A stretch of DNA of 64,000 bases from Parcubacteria bacterium C7867-001 (GCA_001189095.1 LFCK01000002.1:1937-65936), one strand, 5' to 3'. Shown: positions 7,808-18,308, counted from the first letter of the stretch. Made by a program: numbers and translations. The notes: generated from the sequence alone by a model not told the origin.

Positions 7808-9970
7808 TTGATGAAGCGCAGCAAAAAGCGTGCGGAAACCGATTACGGACCGCTCATAAAATGGGTATCGGTCATTCTCCTTATAGCGTCGGGACTCATC
7901 CTTGGTGTTGCGGCGCTCGGCATAACAAATACTGGCGATGGCCAAGGATTCCTTGTAAACGAGGTCTTCGGATTCACTCGTACCCTCTTCGGTGTGGGTG
8001 CCTACCTCGTGCCGATTCTGGTCATCCTCCTTGGCCTTGGCATCGCACTGAAACGCACCTTCATCGGAGCACTTGCCGGCATTGGCATCGCCCTCATTGT
8101 GCTCGGCACCCTCGCGCTCCTTGGCATGTTCTCCGAACCGCTTGGCGGAATGCTCGGCACCTTTATTGGTGGACTTGCCAAAGACTTCCTTACGGTTTGG
8201 GGCGCAGCCATACTCCTGCTCGCGCTCATTGCGGTAGGCGTACTCATTGCGGCTGATGTGCCTGCCATTATTGCCGGCATACTGTCCTTTATACAAATGC
8301 TTCGCGCTCGGATTAATGGTGTCACACTTCCTGAGATCTCACTCAATCGAAATAAAGGAGACGAGTCTGCAGAAGACTCTGAGTCCGAACAACCTTACGA
8401 CGAACCGGTCCACACACCTTCAGCGGAACCTACGGTGACCGTTTTCAATCAGAATCAAACGAAGGGCAAGGCGCCGATGATTCCGAACTTCGATGCTGAA
8501 TACGACCCGCCGCCCGTTTCCCTTCTGAGCGAAGATAAAGGTAAACCGGGAGTCGGTGACATTAAGGCGAACGCAAATATCATCAAACGCACCTTCCAGA
8601 ATTTCGGTATCTCCGTCGAAATGGATGAGGTGTCTGTCGGCCCAACCGTCACCCGCTACGCAATAAAGCCGGCCGAAGGTGTTCGCCTCTCAAAAGTGGT
8701 GAGCCTCCAGAGTAATCTTGAGCTTGCCCTTGCCGCGCACCCCGTCCGCCTCGAAGCACCGATTCCGGGTAAGTCACTCGTCGGCATCGAAGTTCCAAAC
8801 GCAACAAAAGCGACCGTCGGTCTTGGCGGGGTGCTTTCAGCGCCAGAATGGGGCTCTTCCCAGAAGCCGCTCCTTGCTGCCGTCGGCCGCGACATCACCG
8901 GTACGCCGCACTATGTGAATATCGCCAAGATGCCGCACGGACTCGTTGCCGGCGCGACCGGTTCCGGTAAGTCAGTTGCCATACACGCACTCATCACCTC
9001 ACTCCTCTACCGCAATGGCCCGAACCAGCTTCGCTTCATCATGATTGATCCGAAGCGCGTCGAGCTCACGCTCTATAACGGTATTCCCCACCTCCTCACG
9101 CCAGTCATCACCGATCCGAGAAAATCAATTCTTGCGCTCAAGTGGGCAGCAAAAGAAATGGATCGCCGATACGGCATCCTCGAACAGGAGCAAGTGCGCG
9201 ACATTGAGTCATATCACAATTCGGTACTCGAGCCGGCTCGCAAGAAGAAGCAGACCGATCTTCCTGAAGCGATGCCCTACATCGTCATTGTGGTGGACGA
9301 ACTTGCCGATATCATGCAGACCTATCCGCGCGAACTCGAAGCCGCTATCGTTCGCCTTGCTCAGATGTCACGCGCCGTTGGTATTCACCTCATCCTTTCG
9401 ACCCAGCGTCCATCGGTAAACGTTATCACCGGCCTTATTAAGGCAAACGTCCCGACGCGCATGGCGCTTCAGGTTGCTTCCCAAATCGATTCGAGAACCA
9501 TTATCGACGGCGGCGGCGCAGAATTACTTCTTGGCGCCGGCGACATGCTCTATCTTTCCGCTGATATGCAGAAGCCGATACGTCTTCAGACCGCATACAT
9601 CGCCGAGACAGAAGTGAAAAAAATCGTGAGCTATATCAAGCAGAACAACGCCGGCTCACTCGATGCGCTTGACCTCGGAAATGGTGCGAATGGTACCGGT
9701 AACGAGCCAAACGATGCGCTCATGCTGCAAGACGAGGATGTCGATGACGATCTCTATGAGGCAGCTAAGGCGGCCGTCGAAGAAGCTGGAAAGGCCTCCA
9801 CCTCCTATCTGCAGCGCAAACTGCGTGTCGGATACGGTCGTGCCGCACGCCTTATCGACCTCCTCCACGAAAAAGGTGTTGTTGGCCCAGCCGATGGAGC
9901 TCGTCCTCGTGAAGTCTTAAGCCGTGCGGGAGCGGCTCCTTCGTCAGACGCGTCCGACGAGGTCTTCTAG
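7808..9970 (+). CDS. ftsK: DNA translocase FtsK/SpoIIIE
   Basis: N-terminal TM segments; C-terminal motor with Walker A GSGKSVAIHALITSLL and conserved FtsK gamma-like tail. Confidence 0.93.
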   Translation: MMKRSKKRAETDYGPLIKWVSVILLIASGLILGVAALGITNTGDGQGFLVNEVFGFTRTLFGVGAYLVPILVILLGLGIALKRTFIGALAGIGIALIVLGTLALLGMFSEPLGGMLGTFIGGLAKDFLTVWGAAILLLALIAVGVLIAADVPAIIAGILSFIQMLRARINGVTLPEISLNRNKGDESAEDSESEQPYDEPVHTPSAEPTVTVFNQNQTKGKAPMIPNFDAEYDPPPVSLLSEDKGKPGVGDIKANANIIKRTFQNFGISVEMDEVSVGPTVTRYAIKPAEGVRLSKVVSLQSNLELALAAHPVRLEAPIPGKSLVGIEVPNATKATVGLGGVLSAPEWGSSQKPLLAAVGRDITGTPHYVNIAKMPHGLVAGATGSGKSVAIHALITSLLYRNGPNQLRFIMIDPKRVELTLYNGIPHLLTPVITDPRKSILALKWAAKEMDRRYGILEQEQVRDIESYHNSVLEPARKKKQTDLPEAMPYIVIVVDELADIMQTYPRELEAAIVRLAQMSRAVGIHLILSTQRPSVNVITGLIKANVPTRMALQVASQIDSRTIIDGGGAELLLGAGDMLYLSADMQKPIRLQTAYIAETEVKKIVSYIKQNNAGSLDALDLGNGANGTGNEPNDALMLQDEDVDDDLYEAAKAAVEEAGKASTSYLQRKLRVGYGRAARLIDLLHEKGVVGPADGARPREVLSRAGAAPSSDASDEVF

Positions 9971-9973
9971 CCC

Positions 9974-10300
9974 ATGTTTCTGCGCGGCGCCATCGTTCTT
10001 GCTCTCGGTGCCCTCCTTATATACGGACTGGTGAAGGGCTACCCGCTTCTGCGCGGCCCCGAGCTTGCCCTAGAGTCCCCTGTTGACGGCGCTTCAGCGG
10101 AAGGCGGCTTTATCCTTGTACGCGGCACGGCCCATAGGTCTGAGACGCTCACGCTCAATGGCGCCCCGCTCCTTATGGACAAGGAAGGTCATTTCTCAAA
10201 GGAACTCCCCCTCCCTCGCGGGGGCGCTATACTATCTCTAACGGCGCATGATCGGTTCGGTCGGGAGATAACCGTAGAGCGTAGCGTCTTTGTTCCTTAA
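9974..10300 (+). CDS. Small membrane-anchored hypothetical protein, translationally coupled to ftsK
   Basis: ATG 4 nt after ftsK stop; N-terminal TM helix; no recognisable domain. Confidence 0.45.
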   Translation: MFLRGAIVLALGALLIYGLVKGYPLLRGPELALESPVDGASAEGGFILVRGTAHRSETLTLNGAPLLMDKEGHFSKELPLPRGGAILSLTAHDRFGREITVERSVFVP

Positions 10301-10344
10301 CCGTTCGTGTTTGGACGTTACCTATAAAAATTAATGCGTTAGCT

Positions 10345-11436
10345 ATGGCGAAAAAGACTGCAAGCAAGAAAGCTTCGAAAATCAAAGATACTGCCGAAGA
10401 TATTCCCCTTCACGTAATGGAAGAGGGTGATTTGCCTAAAGGAAAAGCGGAAGCTGCGAAGAGTAAATCCATCGAGCTTGCGATCAAAGAAATAAAAACG
10501 AAATTCGGCGAGGAAGCCATCATGACGTTCGGAGCAGGAAAAATCGCTGCGGTCCCTTCTATACCAACAGGCTCCATCGGCCTTGATGCCGCACTCGGCA
10601 TCGGAGGGCTTCCCCGTGGACGCATCATTGAAATTTTTGGACCGGAATCTTCCGGCAAAACAACCCTCGCACTTCATGCAATCGCTGAGGCGCAGAAGAA
10701 AGGCGGCGTATGCGCCTTCGTCGATGCAGAGCACGCACTCGACCCAGCGTACGCACGCCGCATCGGCGTGAAGCTTGAGGAGCTTCTCATCTCGCAACCC
10801 GACACCGGAGAGCAAGCACTTGAAATCGTTGACTCCCTTGTTCGCTCGAATTCGGTCGATATTATCGTGGTCGACTCAGTCGCTGCTCTTACGCCAAAAG
10901 ACGAACTCGAGGGTGAAATGGGCCAGCAACACATGGGCCGTCAGGCGCGACTTATGGCGCAGGCGCTTCGCAAGCTCACCGGCATCACCTCAAAATCAAA
11001 GACGATTATTATTTTCATCAACCAGATCCGCATGCAGATTGGGGTGATGTTTGGTAATCCGGAAACGACACCGGGGGGCAAATCACTTAAATTCTATGCG
11101 TCCGTGCGTCTCGATATTCGCCGTATCGCCCAGATAAAGAAAGGTGAAGAGGTTGTGGGAGGCCGCGTACGCGTGAAAGTGGTGAAGAACAAAGTCGCTG
11201 CGCCATTCAAGACAACTGAATTCGACCTTCTCTACAACGAAGGCATTAGTCGCGAAGGAGAAATCATCGCGCTTGGAGAGAAGCACGATATCATTCAGAA
11301 ATCAGGAGCGAGCTATAAGTACGGCGAGACCGCACTTGGCCGCGGATACGACGCGACTCGCACCTTCCTCCGCGACAACAAGCCGATAACCCGAGAAATC
11401 CTTAAGCAGATTGAGGCGAAGATTGCTGCCGAGTAG
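10345..11436 (+). CDS. recA: Recombinase RecA (with ~40-aa N-terminal extension)
   Basis: [46 protein letters not shown]... canonical RecA core. Confidence 0.95.
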   Translation: MAKKTASKKASKIKDTAEDIPLHVMEEGDLPKGKAEAAKSKSIELAIKEIKTKFGEEAIMTFGAGKIAAVPSIPTGSIGLDAALGIGGLPRGRIIEIFGPESSGKTTLALHAIAEAQKKGGVCAFVDAEHALDPAYARRIGVKLEELLISQPDTGEQALEIVDSLVRSNSVDIIVVDSVAALTPKDELEGEMGQQHMGRQARLMAQALRKLTGITSKSKTIIIFINQIRMQIGVMFGNPETTPGGKSLKFYASVRLDIRRIAQIKKGEEVVGGRVRVKVVKNKVAAPFKTTEFDLLYNEGISREGEIIALGEKHDIIQKSGASYKYGETALGRGYDATRTFLRDNKPITREILKQIEAKIAAE

Positions 11437-11450
11437 CGGCGACGTTCCTC

Positions 11451-11768
11451 CTAAGCGCGAACGAGAGTGGTGTGCCCAATAGCGTGGGCGGTTTCGCGTG
11501 CGAGCCAGATGAGCGCGCCGAGGGAAACGATGGAGAGCGCCTGAACGACGAAGCGAGTGTTGAGGAACGCTGCGGTGAGGTAGGTGGTGATCGTCCCGTT
11601 CCCGAGCGCATTCGAAAGATTCTCGAACACGTGTGCCACCCACACTTCCCTTCCAATGCCATAGAGCGCAAGGACGAAAACGACCAGCGAGAGTGCGGTT
11701 GCAGAGACAAGCGGACGCAACGCATGGGCGGTGCGCACGCGAGACATAACGATTGATTTGGTATCCAT
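11451..11768 (-). CDS. Small membrane protein downstream of ECF sigma factor (candidate anti-sigma factor)
   Basis: 105 aa, two TM helices, 8-nt gap after sigma gene; anti-sigma role inferred from position only. Confidence 0.4.
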   Translation of the reverse strand: MDTKSIVMSRVRTAHALRPLVSATALSLVVFVLALYGIGREVWVAHVFENLSNALGNGTITTYLTAAFLNTRFVVQALSIVSLGALIWLARETAHAIGHTTLVRA

Positions 11769-11775
11769 ACGAAAA

Positions 11776-12348
11776 TTATAGCTGGTTGGTTTCTTGTAAT
11801 GCGTCCTTGAACTGCTTCTTGGCTCGATGTACGCGAGTCTTTACTGCCGACACCGTACTTCCCTCAAGCGCCGCGATTTCCTCCTGCGTCTTCCCTTCTA
11901 TGAACTGAAGCCTGAGGATGCGGGCGGCCGTATCGGGAATACGCGCGAGCGCAGCAAGCACTTCGCTTCGTATTGAGAGATCTTCGAGAAACACATCTTC
12001 TTCTCCCAACTTTTCATATAACTCGGGATCAAGGTCTTGGGTTACGCTGCGCTTTTTCTTCAGTTTCTGGTAGCGCGTGAAGGCAAGACGCGTAAGGATG
12101 GCGTACGCCCACGAGGAGAACGACGCCCCTTCCTGTGGTGTGTACCGGTCCGCATAGACGTAGATGCGCGTAAAGGCATCCTGCACCACCTCTTCCGCGT
12201 CCTCATGGCTGTAGATGATGGACTTCGCTTTCCGAAGAAAAGCTGCCTCGTACCGATCAACGAGCACCGCAAAGAGTTCTGGATTCTTTCGGGACGCCGA
12301 AAGAACCTCCTCGTCTCTAAGGTTGGTAGTTTCGGTTGAAATGCTCAT
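11776..12348 (-). CDS. RNA polymerase sigma-70 factor, ECF subfamily
   Basis: Region 2 (EEVVQDAFTRIYVYADRY) and region 4 HTH (RLQFIEGKTQEEIAALEGSTVSAVKTRVHRAKKQFK); start refined to internal Met (ORF track 11776..12423). Confidence 0.85.
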   Translation of the reverse strand: MSISTETTNLRDEEVLSASRKNPELFAVLVDRYEAAFLRKAKSIIYSHEDAEEVVQDAFTRIYVYADRYTPQEGASFSSWAYAILTRLAFTRYQKLKKKRSVTQDLDPELYEKLGEEDVFLEDLSIRSEVLAALARIPDTAARILRLQFIEGKTQEEIAALEGSTVSAVKTRVHRAKKQFKDALQETNQL

Positions 12349-12407
12349 GATGTCCTGTATGATACCCCTATCTCGCCCTTGGCGATATTTTTTATAACCC
12401 CGCGACC

Positions 12408-12983
12408 ATGGCAATCCTCTCATACAACGAAATCGTCCAGAAAACCGTCATCGACTACAACGGCGAGCCGTACAAAGTGCTCTCTTCGCACGTCTTCCGC
12501 ATGCAGCAGCGTAAGCCCGTGAACCAGACCAAGCTTCAGCACCTCGTGTCTGGCAAGGTCGTTGAAATCTCCTTCCATCAGAACGAAAGCGTTCCTGAAG
12601 CGGAAATCGAGCGCATGGAGACCACCTACCTCTACACGAACCGTGGCGAAAGCTGGTTTGCTGAGAAAGGAAACCCTAAGAATCGTTTCTCCTTCCCCGA
12701 GGACGCCGTGCATGAAAAAGTTCAGTGGCTCATACCAAACTTCGAAGTCGAAGTGCTTGTCTACAAGGAGAAACCAATCACGCTCGAAATCCCCGTGAAG
12801 GTTGAGCTCAAGGTTACCGAAGCACCTCCAGCAGTTAAAGGTGACACGGCAACTGGAGGAAATAAATTAGTTACGCTTGAAAGCGGCGCGACCGTTACTA
12901 CTCCCCTCTTCATCAATGAGGGCGACCTTGTGAAGGTGAATACTGAGACTGGAGAATACGTGGAAAGGATGGAGAAAGCATAA
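12408..12983 (+). CDS. efp: Translation elongation factor P
   Basis: EF-P KOW and OB-domain signature over 191 aa. Confidence 0.85.
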   Translation: MAILSYNEIVQKTVIDYNGEPYKVLSSHVFRMQQRKPVNQTKLQHLVSGKVVEISFHQNESVPEAEIERMETTYLYTNRGESWFAEKGNPKNRFSFPEDAVHEKVQWLIPNFEVEVLVYKEKPITLEIPVKVELKVTEAPPAVKGDTATGGNKLVTLESGATVTTPLFINEGDLVKVNTETGEYVERMEKA

Positions 12984-13285
12984 CAGCGCACTGCTGCGCT
13001 GTTATGCTTTTCGAAATCGGCCGGAGGCATGTTTTGCGAGCACGCAAAACAGCCGAGGCGGGATCGCGGAAGTTTGCGAGCGACGGGGAGCAAAATATCC
13101 GTGATTGGAGAAAGCGTAACCTTCACGAAATAAGCACACGGAGGCGTGCTATCGTTCGATGAGAAGTTCTGTTAGCCCGCAGGAACTATGGAGCGAAACG
13201 GGTCCTGTTGGGCTTCGCGGGCACAACCCGTTACGCAATTCAAAAGGCCCGCCGCATATGCGGCGGGCCTTTCTCATTTGCCTAG

Positions 13286-13492
13286 TTAGGCCTGGAGGTA
13301 CGGCATGAGCGCCATATAGCGGGCGCGCTTTATCGCAAGCGTGATTTCGCGCTGCTTCCCTGCTGAAACGCCCGTGCGCTTCTTTGAGAGAATCTTTGCG
13401 TACGGATTCGTGAACTGACGCAGATACACCACGTCCTTGTAGTCGACGAATTTCTTATTCTCTATTTCCTCCCGTTCTGCTTGAAATGCCAT
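13286..13492 (-). CDS. rpsR: 30S ribosomal protein S18
   Basis: YKDVVYLRQFTNPYAKILSKKRTGVSAGKQREITLAIKRARYMALMPY. Confidence 0.92.
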   Translation of the reverse strand: MAFQAEREEIENKKFVDYKDVVYLRQFTNPYAKILSKKRTGVSAGKQREITLAIKRARYMALMPYLQA

Positions 13493-13526
13493 AGTTCCCC
13501 CACCTTATCCTAGAGCGTCCCTGATG

Positions 13527-13982
13527 TCAAAAAGGAATATCCTCGGGATTGATCTCTTCGTCAGGGTACTGGATATCGCCGCCCTTATCCGATGGAGCGT
13601 CCTGACCGTAGTCTTCGCGCGGCGCCGAAGAGCGACTGCCACCCCCTTCGCCCGTGCCACCACCCGAGCCGAACTGGAAGGTGTCGACGATGATTTCAGT
13701 TCGATAGTTCTTCTTACCGTCCGCTTCCCACGAACGGGTCTGAAGTCGTCCTTCGATAAAAAGCGGACGCCCCTTCTTCATGTACTGACCGATGACTTCC
13801 GCCGTGCGACCGAAGGCAACGACATTGTGATACTCGACCTGCTCCTGCTTCGCGCCATTCTTGTCCTTGTAGGTACGATTCGTCGCAATCGAGAAATTAG
13901 CGACCTGCTGCCCCGACGGAAGCGCTTTCACTTCCGGATCGCGGGTGAGGTTACCGTATAAAAATACTTTGTTGAGATACAT
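13527..13982 (-). CDS. ssb: Single-stranded DNA-binding protein
   Basis: OB-fold core (VFLYGNLTRDPEVK...FSIATNR) and Gly-rich tail ending in acidic DIPF motif. Confidence 0.92.
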   Translation of the reverse strand: MYLNKVFLYGNLTRDPEVKALPSGQQVANFSIATNRTYKDKNGAKQEQVEYHNVVAFGRTAEVIGQYMKKGRPLFIEGRLQTRSWEADGKKNYRTEIIVDTFQFGSGGGTGEGGGSRSSAPREDYGQDAPSDKGGDIQYPDEEINPEDIPF

Positions 13983-14086
13983 ATGCAGTGATTTATGAGT
14001 CTTCTAGAAGCGAGGCCGCACCGCCAACTGACGAAGCGACACGCTACCCGTAAGTATACCCCTTCCTTGGGTACGCGCGATAAAAG

Positions 14087-14116
14087 AAAAGAGCCCGTAG
14101 GTACGGGCTCTTTTCT
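14087..14116 (-). terminator. Intra-operon hairpin plus T-run between rpsF and ssb (attenuator/partial terminator)
   Basis: aaaagagcccgtaggtacgggctcttttct; approximate coordinates. Confidence 0.45.
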
Positions 14117-14132
14117 GCGGAGAAACTAGTGG

Positions 14133-14639
14133 TTATACGCCAACCTCTTTGAGAGCAGCATCGATCTCAGAATCTGAGACCTCTTCATCCTGCCCTTCGT
14201 CGGCACCCGCCTTCTCTGCGGCCTTGAGCATGATCTCATGCATCTCAGCTGCATGGCGGGCGGCATCCTTGTCCGTACGAATATCGAGGAAACGGAACAC
14301 GCTCTTCTCGGCGCGAACGGCCTCCTGTACGGCCTGATGACCTTCGCCGTCAGTTTCGTATGCAATCCACGCGAAGAAACTTGCGGAAAAATCGCGGCGA
14401 CCTGCGGTCTCCATGCGCGAAACGACGTACGCGAGCTGAACCTTTTGTGGTTCGCCCTCTGCGACTACTTCTCCAGCCTTCGCGATCTGCTCGCGCACAT
14501 GCTTGTAGACCTGAGCGGCATCCTCAGCAGGAAGCTCGCCATCAATATGGAAACCAAGTTCATACACACGCTTTTCAGCGTGGTCGGCATCAATGAGTTC
14601 TGCCTCGTTTTCGAGGACCTCCTTTTCCTTCTTAGCCAT
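14133..14639 (-). CDS. rpsF: 30S ribosomal protein S6 (with acidic C-terminal tail)
   Basis: RVYELGFHIDGE...QKVQLAYVVS...FRFLDIRT pattern of S6; canonical rpsF-ssb-rpsR order. Confidence 0.8.
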   Translation of the reverse strand: MAKKEKEVLENEAELIDADHAEKRVYELGFHIDGELPAEDAAQVYKHVREQIAKAGEVVAEGEPQKVQLAYVVSRMETAGRRDFSASFFAWIAYETDGEGHQAVQEAVRAEKSVFRFLDIRTDKDAARHAAEMHEIMLKAAEKAGADEGQDEEVSDSEIDAALKEVGV

Positions 14640-14748
14640 GATTGGGGCATCCTACCACGGCCCATTTTGAACAGCAAATAGGCCTAAGCCACAAAAAACC
14701 CCGGAGCTTGTAGCTCCGGGGTTGTGAACCGTGTGTGTTCGGTTCGAT

Positions 14749-15591
14749 TTAGAACACGAGGACCGAGACGGCATACGCCATCCCGACTTGGCCGCCGCCA
14801 TAGGCGAGGGCCGAGGCGACATTCTTCGTCGACACCATCTGCTCGAGCGTTTGCCAACGCACGATCAGGAAGTCGACGAGCCAGCCGGCGATGTACAGGA
14901 ACAAGAGCCCTGCCGCTGCCGTAATGCCGAATGCCGTTAGGTCTTCGGCCCAGCCGGTGAACTGGCCGCCGGCCGCCATCGCAATGATGAGACCGAACGC
15001 CCAGAACTTCGCACCCATGATGACGCCAGCCGACAGATTGCCGGCTTCGACTTCTTTCACGAGCGCCGCTTTCCCATGAACGAGGGAGAACGACCACGCC
15101 ATGAACACGAGCGCGAGCTGACCGAGCGCGAAGAACGCGATCACGGGCAGCATGCCGCCGTTGGCGCCGCCAATGGCCGCGTGGGCGATGAGGCCCGTTG
15201 CGACCATGCTGCCGACTTCAGTCGCCGCGACGGCGCTGTTGCCGCCCTTCACCGCTGATGAGTTCGCCACGTTGGGGAGAACGAGTGCATCGTTCACCAA
15301 CAGCGCGATCTGCATCATCACGATGAGAAGGCCGGCGTATTCAGCCGTCACGATGAGGTCCGCAGTGAGATTGCCGCTCGACTCGCCGACGAGGATGCCG
15401 GAAAAGCCGATGAGCGTGCCAAGCAGGAAGCCGCCGCGGCGTAAGCCGATAGCGTTGTTGCCCGCGAGGAATTCAGCCGACGAAGTGGAGCGTTCCCGAA
15501 TCCTTAGCAGGAAGTCGGAAATGACCAATGTCAGCACCGCTACCCCAAGATAGGGCAGCAGCAGAAGCAGTTTCGGCAAAAGTGCCGTCAT
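14749..15591 (-). CDS. Membrane protein with tandem DUF350-like repeats
   Basis: Two repeats of NxAxGLxxGGxxLG pattern within hydrophobic helices; very high GC. Confidence 0.45.
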   Translation of the reverse strand: MTALLPKLLLLLPYLGVAVLTLVISDFLLRIRERSTSSAEFLAGNNAIGLRRGGFLLGTLIGFSGILVGESSGNLTADLIVTAEYAGLLIVMMQIALLVNDALVLPNVANSSAVKGGNSAVAATEVGSMVATGLIAHAAIGGANGGMLPVIAFFALGQLALVFMAWSFSLVHGKAALVKEVEAGNLSAGVIMGAKFWAFGLIIAMAAGGQFTGWAEDLTAFGITAAAGLLFLYIAGWLVDFLIVRWQTLEQMVSTKNVASALAYGGGQVGMAYAVSVLVF

Positions 15592-15685
15592 AGAGGAATC
15601 CTCCGTTTGTGTAGTCCAACGAACTGCCGACCTCGACTGAGGCCTGCAATCCGCTCAGGACCATAGCATTAAAAGTACCCTAGTG

Positions 15686-16480
15686 TCAATTGTTCGGGAG
15701 CGCGAACATTAGACGAGCATTCTGCAGGAGACTTGCTCGAACCACCTCTTCGTCCTCACTACGAATGGAGGCAAGAGCCTTCACCACGTCCCGAACGGCC
15801 AGTGGATCATTGCGTTTACCCCGATTCCCTGCCGGCGCAGCATACGGCGCGTCAGTCTCGGTGAGAATATTTGAAAGCGGAAGCGAACGAATCGTCTCGT
15901 CGTAATCGTGCGTAAAGGTAAGAACGGCTGTATAGGAAAGCGTGAAGTCAATCGAGACGAACTTCGCAGCAGTCACAGCGTCACCCACGAAGAAATGCAT
16001 ATCACCTCGCAGCTCCTGATGCGCATCCTTGTAAGGTTTTAGAATGTCGAACGCATCATCATAGGCATCCATCGTTCCCTTACTCGGTCGCGCGTGAATC
16101 ATGAGTGGTTTTCCAGTCTCTATCGCAAGTTCAATGTGCTTCTTAAAAATATCTTTTTGTCGTGCCTTTTCGGACTCCGGCTCTTCGGGACGATAGTAAT
16201 CAAGTCCGCATTCGCCTATCGCAACGACGTTCGGGCTCTGCGCAAGTGCGCGCATCGCGTCCATATCAAAAACCTCGTCCGGCGTATCGTTCGGGTGAAG
16301 GCCCACCGAAGCGAAAAGCGTCACACCGTTAGCGAGCGCGATCGCTTTCTCGGATGATTCCCTATCAACCCCGACGATGATGCCGCCAACTTCCGCCTCT
16401 TTCATGGAGGCGATGACCGCACTACGATCATCGTCATACTGATGCATCTGGATGTGGCAGTGAGCGTCGAAATACTTCAT
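15686..16480 (-). CDS. tatD: TatD-family metal-dependent deoxyribonuclease/hydrolase
   Basis: MKYFDAHCHIQ...GLHPN...GECGLDY...ETDAP motifs of TatD. Confidence 0.9.
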   Translation of the reverse strand: MKYFDAHCHIQMHQYDDDRSAVIASMKEAEVGGIIVGVDRESSEKAIALANGVTLFASVGLHPNDTPDEVFDMDAMRALAQSPNVVAIGECGLDYYRPEEPESEKARQKDIFKKHIELAIETGKPLMIHARPSKGTMDAYDDAFDILKPYKDAHQELRGDMHFFVGDAVTAAKFVSIDFTLSYTAVLTFTHDYDETIRSLPLSNILTETDAPYAAPAGNRGKRNDPLAVRDVVKALASIRSEDEEVVRASLLQNARLMFALPNN

Positions 16481-16533
16481 GCAGGAACCTTACCATAGGA
16501 GAGGCCACGCATCGCTGCGTGGCCTCATCCCCT

Positions 16534-16743
16534 TTAGTCTTCGGCTGGGGGAGCCGGAAGTGCAGCGACGAGCGCCGCAAACGCGGTTGGGGCGGAAAGC
16601 CCGAACGCGCGCCGAGCTTGAGCGAACTCCTTGATGCTTCCATCGTAGAGGTCGAGCTCGTTCTTCATTTGACCGATGATCTGAGCGCTTTCAGCCATTC
16701 CGGCGTAGAGCGTCTCGAGCGTCGAATCTTGTTCTTGGGCCAT
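16534..16743 (-). CDS. Small hypothetical protein (69 aa) co-transcribed with tatD
   Basis: AAAGGAGAA RBS 4 nt upstream of ATG and consensus sigma-70 promoter (TTGACT-17-TATAAT) ~40 nt upstream. Confidence 0.55.
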   Translation of the reverse strand: MAQEQDSTLETLYAGMAESAQIIGQMKNELDLYDGSIKEFAQARRAFGLSAPTAFAALVAALPAPPAED

Positions 16744-16789
16744 TCGTTCTCCTTTCAGGGGTCAGAGGTGGCACCACACCCTGATTTCT

Positions 16790-16818
16790 ATTATATAACA
16801 ATATAGACAGATAGTCAA
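16790..16818 (-). promoter_or_regulatory. Consensus sigma-70 promoter TTGACT-17nt-TATAAT
   Basis: Read on minus strand upstream of the 69-aa gene; approximate coordinates. Confidence 0.6.
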
Positions 16819-16871
16819 TATACCCAAGGACGGCCTAGGTAAGGCCTCTGTCCGTAAACGGCAGCAGACTG

Positions 16872-18308
16872 CTAGCCCAGTCTGGGAAAGAGGTTCTCGG
16901 GCTTTTTATTTTCTTGTACCGCAGCGAGTATTTTCGCCGACGTCTCCGGCATAACGCATGAAAGGTGTACCGTGAGTTTCGCGAGGTGACGCACGAGCTT
17001 TTCGATATCCTCCTTTGCTTCGTCTTTGGTAGCCTCGTCTTTTATCTTCTTATACGGTTCCCTGCTCGTCATATATTCATCTCCCTTTGCGACATGTTCG
17101 AAGATGAGATCCATTGCTTCGTTAAAGGCCTGATTTTTTATTTTGAGCGAAAAAGCAGTCTCAACCGGCGTGTTGGTTTCCGAAAGAGATACTGACTCAG
17201 TGCAGTGCTCTTCAGCAAGCTTCATAATGCGTGCAACGAGATTGCCAAGACCGTTCACGAGATTTGCGGTGTACCACTCATCGAGTTTCTCCCACGTAAC
17301 ATCAGAGTCTTCAGTTGGGTGCACGTGACGCAGGAGAAGGTAGCGCGTTGCTTCGGCGCCGTATTTCGCAACGAGCTCGTACGGGTTAATGACGTTCCCA
17401 AGTGACTTACTCATCTTCTGACCGCCACTCGTGATGAAGCCGTGATAGAACACCTGATCGGTATTCTTTACGTTTGCAGACATAAGCATCGCCTGCCACA
17501 TGAGCGACTGGAAACGCACCTGATCCTTCCCCGCTACCTGAAGCGTCGTGCCGTTCACCCAGAACTTCTCGAAATTGCCGTTCGGATCGCTCGGCCAGCC
17601 AAGCGTTGAAACGTAATCAGTAAGCGCATCGAACCAGACGTACATGACCTGCGACTCGTCATCCGGTACCGGGATACCCCACGAAAGACGCGACGCTTCG
17701 CGCGAAATACTGAAGTCCTCAAGACCGTTTTTTACGAAGTTAAGGGCTTCCTCGCGTCGCCACGAAGGAATGACACAGTCTGTGCGCGAAAGATACGCGA
17801 GGAGACGATCTTGATACTTCGAGAACGCAAAGAAATAATTCTCTTCTTGAATGAGCTGCAGCTCAAGATTGGGATGGAGAACGCAGCGATCATTCTCTAT
17901 TTCGCGCTCAGTCTTAAACGCTTCGCATCCGACACAGTACCTGCCGGTATATTTTTTCTTATAGATATCGCCCGCCGCATTGCAGCGGCGCCACATCTCC
18001 TGCGCCGCCTCCACATGGTGCGCGTCGGTCGTGCGGATGAACGTCGGATTATCGAGCGCAAGCGCGTCCTTCAGTTTTCGAAACTCGGCCGCATAGTGAT
18101 CCACGTATGCCTGTACGCTCTCCCCTTTCTTCTCGGCCGCCTCGAAAATCTTTTGCCCGTGCTCATCAGTACCCGTGTTGAAAAAGACCTCTTCGCCTTC
18201 GCTCCGATACTGACGAACGAGCACGTCGGCTTGTACGAGCTCGAGTGCAAAGCCGATGTGAGGATCGGCGTTCACGTATGGAAGAGTTGTCGTTATGTAT
18301 CGAGGCAT
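16872..18308 (-). CDS. metG: Methionyl-tRNA synthetase, short form lacking C-terminal tRNA-binding domain
   Basis: N-terminal HIGH-region variant, zinc knuckle CVGCE...RC, KMSKSLGN. Confidence 0.92.
   Translation of the reverse strand: MPRYITTTLPYVNADPHIGFALELVQADVLVRQYRSEGEEVFFNTGTDEHGQKIFEAAEKKGESVQAYVDHYAAEFRKLKDALALDNPTFIRTTDAHHVEAAQEMWRRCNAAGDIYKKKYTGRYCVGCEAFKTEREIENDRCVLHPNLELQLIQEENYFFAFSKYQDRLLAYLSRTDCVIPSWRREEALNFVKNGLEDFSISREASRLSWGIPVPDDESQVMYVWFDALTDYVSTLGWPSDPNGNFEKFWVNGTTLQVAGKDQVRFQSLMWQAMLMSANVKNTDQVFYHGFITSGGQKMSKSLGNVINPYELVAKYGAEATRYLLLRHVHPTEDSDVTWEKLDEWYTANLVNGLGNLVARIMKLAEEHCTESVSLSETNTPVETAFSLKIKNQAFNEAMDLIFEHVAKGDEYMTSREPYKKIKDEATKDEAKEDIEKLVRHLAKLTVHLSCVMPETSAKILAAVQENKKPENLFPRLG

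Noticed and set aside
7757-8346. Several 100-180 aa ORFs on both strands overlapping the ftsK 5' region
   Set aside because: Overlap a well-supported FtsK gene; Arg/His/Cys-rich junk translations
10583-10934. Short ORFs nested in recA on both strands
   Set aside because: Embedded in a high-confidence RecA coding region
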